IMG/VR virus record: IMGVR_UViG_3300017989_000204 | Location: 1-41,236 of that record | Reading direction: 5' to 3' (one strand) | DNA: 41,236 nt | Origin: a virus | Taxonomy: Duplodnaviria > Caudoviricetes | Shown here: positions 36,304-41,236 of the stretch, in pieces | Numbering within the stretch: position 1 is the first letter of the stretch | How the letters are laid out: each line of letters starts with the position of its first letter | Made by a program: the position numbers and the translations under genes | Notes under the pieces: generated by a model | Databases searched by the model: none | The model's input: the letters and a program-made list of their open reading frames with translations, nothing else | Told to the model about the DNA's origin: nothing

Positions 36304-36597
36304 CTACTCTTCGAGGCAATCCAATGCATCTTCATATGCATCGTACCTTTGAATTGCTCCCATCACCTCTTTCGTTCTCCCGATCAATTCTGGAGTGTCC
36401 ATTTCCCGGATGTTGTGGAACCCAGCCATGATCATCAAGCTCGCAGCTATCTGCTCGGCAGTCATTCCCGCGTTCAGGGCAGACCGCAACCCCTCGATGA
36501 AGCACTTGGGCAGTATCGAGCTTTCCCGCTGGGTTTTCCGGGTGAACACGAGAACGTGCAAGTCGATCGTGCCCATGCTCGTTCTTGGTTTCTCCAT
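36304..36597 (-). CDS. Hypothetical protein (97 aa)
   Basis: ORF fills the gap between the GNAT and RQPVR genes. Confidence 0.5.
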   Translation of the reverse strand: MEKPRTSMGTIDLHVLVFTRKTQRESSILPKCFIEGLRSALNAGMTAEQIAASLMIMAGFHNIREMDTPELIGRTKEVMGAIQRYDAYEDALDCLEE

Positions 36598-36635
36598 TTC
36601 TCGCTCTCCATCATATCAAACGGGGGCCAGTTCCC

Positions 36636-37148
36636 TCATACTGATTTCTCGTTTTTGGAAAGTACAACCCAGCTTCGGTCGATTTCCGTGTTCTGGAGCA
36701 CCATCCTGTAGCCGTCCTGGCCGTCGGCGAAGAATGAACGCTCCACTGCTACAGCCCGGAATCCCATGTGCTGGAAGAACAACTGTGCTTCAAGATTCTG
36801 TTCTCCGACTTCGACCATCACGGCGTTCTCGCCGGGCCTCGCCAGCACCCTGGCCAGATCGTCCACCAGCATCCGGCCCAGGCCGAGACCCCGTTCCTCC
36901 GGGTGGACGGCCATCGTTTCGATGAGCAGCACCTTCTGCCGCAGTTCTCGTCTCCAGAGGCTGTACACTGCATGGCCCACGACCCTGCCGGTGTCCGCCT
37001 CGACGACGGACTTTCCGATCGTGTTCCTCTTCCGGAGTGCTGCCAAGAATTCATTCTTCCTCCAGGGGCTCCCGAACGACCTGCGTTCGATGTCGGCGAT
37101 TTCGTCGACGTCCCTCCTGTATGCCCAGCGAATGTAGTAACCGTTCAT
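36636..37148 (-). CDS. RimI-like GNAT N-acetyltransferase
   Basis: IERRSFGSPW...AVHPEERGLGLGRML...EVGEQNLEAQLFF..MGF. Confidence 0.85.
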   Translation of the reverse strand: MNGYYIRWAYRRDVDEIADIERRSFGSPWRKNEFLAALRKRNTIGKSVVEADTGRVVGHAVYSLWRRELRQKVLLIETMAVHPEERGLGLGRMLVDDLARVLARPGENAVMVEVGEQNLEAQLFFQHMGFRAVAVERSFFADGQDGYRMVLQNTEIDRSWVVLSKNEKSV

Positions 37149-38856
37149 CTTCCTTCTCCTCCTCTCCTCGGATCAGGGATTCCTCGTCCTCCGTGGCCGA
37201 TCCCCGCACGATCCTTCTCCGCTTCTTCTTTCTCCTCCACGCGCCGGGCCGGCGGATGTACTCGTCCACCCCGCCCTCGTCCATCTCGTAGATTTCCCGC
37301 AGCACCGGGTCCATGTTCTCGATTTCCTCGTCCGTCAGATCTTCCGGCATGTCCATGTCTCCTATCACGTCGTCTTCCCGCCACCGGCCGGCGTGGTGCT
37401 CCAGCATCTCCATCGCCCGGGGAAGCGTGATCGCCAGGGCCGTGCCCGCGTCGGCGTGGCCGAACTCGTCGGAAATGGCCGTGAGCTTGTACTTGCTGGG
37501 AGGCCGGTGCTCGATCTGGAACTTGCCGAAGTCCCGCCGCAGCGTGCCGTCCGGCAGATCGTAGCACTTGAGAACCCGGTCCTTCAGCGCCACCACGAAC
37601 GCCGTGGCCATCGCCGTCAAGTTGCCCGGCCTGGAGAATTCCACGGCCTGCATCGGGATGCTGCTTGCCCGGAGACGCTGGGCCATCATCGAGCCGCCGG
37701 CGGCCGGGTCGTAGCCGAACCACTCGATGTCGAACCGCTCCGCGAGCCGCCGGCATTCGTCCTCCACGGCCATCAGGTCCACCTCCAGCTTGTTCCCCTG
37801 GGGAGTGTCGGGCTTCCACCGGCGGATGCAGGCAGTGTGAAGCAGGCCGTCCTGTGCATTCACTCCCATCACGACCAGCCCGGCATGGTCGTGGCTGATG
37901 CCGAGGTCGAGGCCGGCGATGTACCGCCAGCCGGGTGCGGGCTGCTGGGTGGGGCCTCCCAAGCAGAAGGCGTCCTCGATCGACGCCTCGTCCACCGCTC
38001 CTCCCACCCCGCTGATCCACTGGCCCCTCCACAACCGGGCGAATTCTGCCCCGATCGGGTCGTTCTTCTTCGCCTCCTCCACGTCTTCCTCGCTGATCCA
38101 GGGAGCGAGCTTGCTCCAGATGTGGACCTTCCACCGCTGCTGGTTCTCGATGGCGTTCTTCCGCCACACCCATGCCTTGCTGTTCCGGATGCCGGCGTTG
38201 GTCGACACGATGATGATCCCCTGCGGCACCCCGGAAGCATTGTTCCAGTGCGTTTGCATCACCGACCACTTGTCGACGTGAACCAGCTCGTTGAGCACCA
38301 GGACATCGGGCGTCTGCCCCTGGGCCTCGCCGGAAGTGCCGGTGGCCTCGATCCGCACCCATGCTTCCTTCGGCATCTTCCGGCTGCGGATGCACGACTG
38401 GATGATTTCCACCTTGTCGCCCAGCCACTGGTTGTAGTGAACCAGCTCGACTGCCCGGTCCTCGATGATCCGGGCCTGCCGGCTGTTCGCCGCCACCACC
38501 TGGCACTTGACGGGCCTGCGTGCGAAGGCAATCAGCCAGACCAGGCAGATCGCAAGATCGCTGTCCTTGCCGGCCTTCTTCGTACGCTCGATCCAGAACC
38601 GGCGGACCGGCGGGGGACTGCCGTCCCGAACGGCGTGCAGGGAGGGGCCGAGGCTGGCGAACGATTCCTTCTGGAAGTCCGCCATGCACAGCTCGTAGAG
38701 GCGGGGGCCGGTAGCCGACGGGATCGTCAGCCCCCTGGTGAAGAGGAAGAAGTCGTTCGCAGACTTTTCCATGTATGCCCGGTTGATCAGATCCGGGTCG
38801 AACTTGTCGCTGCCCACGTCAACCCTCTCAAGCGGCTGAGGATCCGTCCCGGGCAT
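37051..38856 (-). CDS. terL: Terminase large subunit
   Basis: Walker A-like ERTKKAGKD, AANSRQA, Walker B-like VLVLNE, motif III VSTNAG, nuclease IAGLDLG..HD, YDP and HADAGTAL. Confidence 0.85.
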   Translation of the reverse strand: MPGTDPQPLERVDVGSDKFDPDLINRAYMEKSANDFFLFTRGLTIPSATGPRLYELCMADFQKESFASLGPSLHAVRDGSPPPVRRFWIERTKKAGKDSDLAICLVWLIAFARRPVKCQVVAANSRQARIIEDRAVELVHYNQWLGDKVEIIQSCIRSRKMPKEAWVRIEATGTSGEAQGQTPDVLVLNELVHVDKWSVMQTHWNNASGVPQGIIIVSTNAGIRNSKAWVWRKNAIENQQRWKVHIWSKLAPWISEEDVEEAKKNDPIGAEFARLWRGQWISGVGGAVDEASIEDAFCLGGPTQQPAPGWRYIAGLDLGISHDHAGLVVMGVNAQDGLLHTACIRRWKPDTPQGNKLEVDLMAVEDECRRLAERFDIEWFGYDPAAGGSMMAQRLRASSIPMQAVEFSRPGNLTAMATAFVVALKDRVLKCYDLPDGTLRRDFGKFQIEHRPPSKYKLTAISDEFGHADAGTALAITLPRAMEMLEHHAGRWREDDVIGDMDMPEDLTDEEIENMDPVLREIYEMDEGGVDEYIRRPGAWRRKKKRRRIVRGSATEDEESLIRGEEEKEDERLLHSLGIQEGRRRNRRHRTQVVREPLEEE

Positions 38857-39604
38857 CCGTGTCCTGCTGCTTCCCCGCAGCGCCGCCCCCGGGCAGGGCC
38901 GTCCGCCCGTTCCTGCTTCCCTCCCTGGCCTCTTCTTCCATCTTGGCCATCAGCACCTTTCCCTCGAGCACCGTCTCGGGAGAAATGTTGTCGAAGTTGA
39001 TCTGCGTCTGCTGCCGGTTGTCGTGGTAGTGGTATTCCCTGGTGCCGGAAATCACTCCCTGAATCTTCGCGAGCAGCTGAATGGCCAGAGTTCTCTCCCT
39101 GAGGAACGCCGCGTCCCCGGCCTGCCCGGAAGTCGATCTGGTCACGACCTCGGTCTCGATCTCGCCTTCTCCTTCGCATTCCTCGCACCATTCTTCCGAC
39201 TCCGGAGAACCGCCGGCCATTCCGGTTCCCTTGCACGCCCGGCACGACACCGGCCTGTACTCGACCTTCACAGTTTCCTTGTTCTTCTTGCTTCTTTCCC
39301 ACGCCGTGGACGAATCGAGAATCACGCGCTCGAGCCTGGCAATTGCGACTCCCCTGCTCCGGTCGAGATCGGCGTTCAACTCGTGGTTGAACAATGCCCA
39401 CACGTACTTCATGTCGATCGTCACCTGGGCAGGGGTAATCCCGTAGCGGCGGGCGAATTCCACCTGGTTGGTCAGCCCGTTGCAGACGTCATCGTACATC
39501 TTCATGATGCGGTTGAACCGGGCCTCCGTCATGTTCTTCGTGCGGAGATTCCGCTTCTCGAAGGCCTCGATGCCGTATGCAGTCGTGTCGAGCGGGCTGG
39601 TCAT
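38828..39604 (-). CDS. Terminase small subunit-like protein with CxxCxGxG Zn finger
   Basis: N-terminal HTH (QVEFARRYGITPAQVTIDM); CRACKGTG..CEECEGEG; GDAAFL motif; immediately upstream of TerL. Confidence 0.65.
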   Translation of the reverse strand: MTSPLDTTAYGIEAFEKRNLRTKNMTEARFNRIMKMYDDVCNGLTNQVEFARRYGITPAQVTIDMKYVWALFNHELNADLDRSRGVAIARLERVILDSSTAWERSKKNKETVKVEYRPVSCRACKGTGMAGGSPESEEWCEECEGEGEIETEVVTRSTSGQAGDAAFLRERTLAIQLLAKIQGVISGTREYHYHDNRQQTQINFDNISPETVLEGKVLMAKMEEEAREGSRNGRTALPGGGAAGKQQDTDARDGSSAA

Positions 39605-39639
39605 GATCGTTCAATTTAACATCAGTACTGCAGGGGCTG

Positions 39640-40035
39640 TCAACCCCGGTCCCCCCGATCTTGCTGAAGATGTTCCTTCTGCTGTTCTTTCTTCCCTCCT
39701 GCCTCGGCAGCTTCGCGGGTGGAATATGAGTTCTTTCCGGCACACCACTCACAGCTCCAGCCCGCCCGTCTCTCTACGTATTTGTAGAACCCAGTGTTTG
39801 CCACTTCCTCTACGTGTCGTTCGGCGTATACCCCAATGCCGTTGTCGTTTACCCAGACCGTCATCCCCGGCACAACCGGCACGCCGTCCGCCGTCTTCGG
39901 CAGCTTGTCAACGATGTCCCGCAGCCGCTTGATCTCGGCCTGTAACGCTTCGACCTTCGCTTGCAGTCGGTCTGCCCGTTCTTCCTCCCGATTTGCCGCC
40001 ACGTCAGGCTCATGCTCCCAGAATTGCTTGCGCAT
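39640..40035 (-). CDS. Hypothetical phage protein
   Basis: Coiled coil then LPKTADGVPVVPGMTVW...YSTREAAEA. Confidence 0.6.
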   Translation of the reverse strand: MRKQFWEHEPDVAANREEERADRLQAKVEALQAEIKRLRDIVDKLPKTADGVPVVPGMTVWVNDNGIGVYAERHVEEVANTGFYKYVERRAGWSCEWCAGKNSYSTREAAEAGGKKEQQKEHLQQDRGDRG

Positions 40036-40068
40036 CGTCCCCTCCTGCCGCCTCGGCGGCTCTGTTGG

Positions 40069-40338
40069 TCAGGCAACACTTTTTGAACTTCTTCCCGGCA
40101 GATTCGGGGCTTCGCTTCCCCTCTGCCCGTTGTCCGGGTGGCCTGCATGCTGATTCAGGAATCGGATCAATTGCCGTTTCTCGGTGGGTACTTCGGCAAG
40201 CTCGATGAACGCCGTGTTCCCTTCATCTTGCTCCCGGAAACGGCGGGCACAATCCGCTGCTTCTTTCGCTATGCCAACCCACTTGTACCCACGGTGGCCG
40301 TCCATCTCGTTCCCAAGAGCGACCCTGTGCAGCCTCAT
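40069..40338 (-). CDS. Hypothetical protein
   Basis: GAGGGG RBS; ATGA-coupled. Confidence 0.5.
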   Translation of the reverse strand: MRLHRVALGNEMDGHRGYKWVGIAKEAADCARRFREQDEGNTAFIELAEVPTEKRQLIRFLNQHAGHPDNGQRGSEAPNLPGRSSKSVA

Positions 40339-40844
40339 CGTCCCCTCCTGCCGCCGTCCTTGTTCTTCTTCCCAGCAGAAGCACCCCTCAGCAAGTTCTC
40401 CATGGTCTCTTGCACGGCCTCCACGAAAGCCTCATGGTCGTCCACATGATCCGCGTTCTCGCGGAATTTGCTCCAGGCCGCGTCGGCCACTTCCCTGCAA
40501 CCGGACTCGCCGTCGAACACCCTCATCGCCCGTTCGGCCAGGTTGATCCTGCCGAACTCGTCGAGCCGGATGGACTCCCTTCGGCCCTCCTCGGCCGCCA
40601 GGGCCCTGATGTATTCCTCGCTTTCCGGCGTGAACTCCGGCAATTCGGCCGCCAGGGCGATCTCGTTGACTGCCTCTGCCTTGCCGGACAGCTTGTAGCT
40701 CTTCTGGACGCCGCCCGGGCACTCGATCATCATCCGCTCGACCACCATGAAGGCATTCGGCCTTGAAACGATGTCGTGGGCAGCCGTCTTGTGGTAGACG
40801 ACCTGCCCGATCTCGAACTTGAACTCGACCTCGATCTTCTTCAT
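40335..40844 (-). CDS. Hypothetical protein with SH3/KOW-like N-terminus
   Basis: FKFEIGQVVYHK pattern; GGGAG RBS. Confidence 0.6.
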   Translation of the reverse strand: MKKIEVEFKFEIGQVVYHKTAAHDIVSRPNAFMVVERMMIECPGGVQKSYKLSGKAEAVNEIALAAELPEFTPESEEYIRALAAEEGRRESIRLDEFGRINLAERAMRVFDGESGCREVADAAWSKFRENADHVDDHEAFVEAVQETMENLLRGASAGKKNKDGGRRGR

Positions 40845-40866
40845 CGCAGTTCTCCCGCTTGTTGCA

Positions 40867-41100
40867 TCACTCCGATCCCTGTCTTTCCCTCGACATGGAT
40901 TCGATTGAACTTTTCAGCCGCCTCATGCAGCAGTCCCCGAATTCTTTCACGCCGAGCAGCTCCCGCTCGTCCACGTGCTTCAGGTCCCTCAGCCAGATGA
41001 TCCCCAGCTTGTTCTCGATCAAGTCGATCTGCCTGACGTTCAGCCCGTGCATCTCGAGTTCTGCCACAGCGACATCGAGCAGGTTGTCCGGTATGTTCAT
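40867..41100 (-). CDS. RNA polymerase alpha C-terminal-domain-like (HhH) protein
   Basis: GLNVRQIDLIE..GIIWLRDL....RELLGVKEFG resembles the alpha-CTD pattern; GGAGG RBS. Confidence 0.6.
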   Translation of the reverse strand: MNIPDNLLDVAVAELEMHGLNVRQIDLIENKLGIIWLRDLKHVDERELLGVKEFGDCCMRRLKSSIESMSRERQGSE

Positions 41101-41236
41101 TCCTCCCCTCCCGCCGCCTCTGCGGCTTGTTGGTATTCCCGCTCCTCCCGCTCCCACCGAGTCTCCGCAAGTGAGCCGTGGAAGTGGCACCCGCAATCGA
41201 GCACGTACAAGAACAGTCTGTAATCCAGCCTGCACA

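Larger units (their letters stand above)
1..41236 (-). mobile_element. Tailed phage/prophage packaging and morphogenesis region (HK97-type head, long non-contractile tail)
   Basis: Contiguous minus-strand genes, many with ATGA overlaps, for TerS, TerL, portal, MuF, prohead protease, major capsid, head-tail adaptors, tail tube, chaperone and tape measure start. No integrase or att site in the window, so prophage versus free phage is undetermined. Confidence 0.95.

Noticed and set aside
1-41236. tRNA/rRNA genes, transposases, integrase or att sites
   Set aside because: None recognisable; intergenic gaps are short. tRNAscan or Infernal would be needed to exclude small RNAs.

Overview
The window is almost entirely minus-strand and reads as the DNA-packaging and virion-morphogenesis region of a long-tailed (siphovirus-type, HK97-fold) phage or prophage. 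The host is unknown; several small proteins resemble planctomycete-phage proteins (inference). In transcription order it holds small early genes, TerS and TerL, a membrane/papain-peptidase cluster, a tail-fibre-like protein with sulfotransferase and UDP-sugar dehydrogenase, head-tail adaptors, portal, MuF head protein, prohead protease, major capsid and tail genes, a chaperone with a -1 frameshift site, and the start of the tape measure gene. The standout feature is the peptide tag KHLQG(R/W)HNQ(L/M)(S/T)HGRG plus Gly-rich linker, present 13 times in 10 ORFs between 11.1 and 25.4 kb. Each copy is followed by one recognisable enzyme domain: 6 ADP-ribosyltransferase-like, 3 HExxH metallopeptidases, topoisomerase IB, GNAT, HD hydrolase and a Cys-His-Asp papain-like fold. 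The cassettes are interleaved with the head genes and appear to split the MuF gene into pieces. This suggests a modular, tag-addressed, virion-packaged effector arsenal. All family calls come from motif recognition by eye; no database searches were run.
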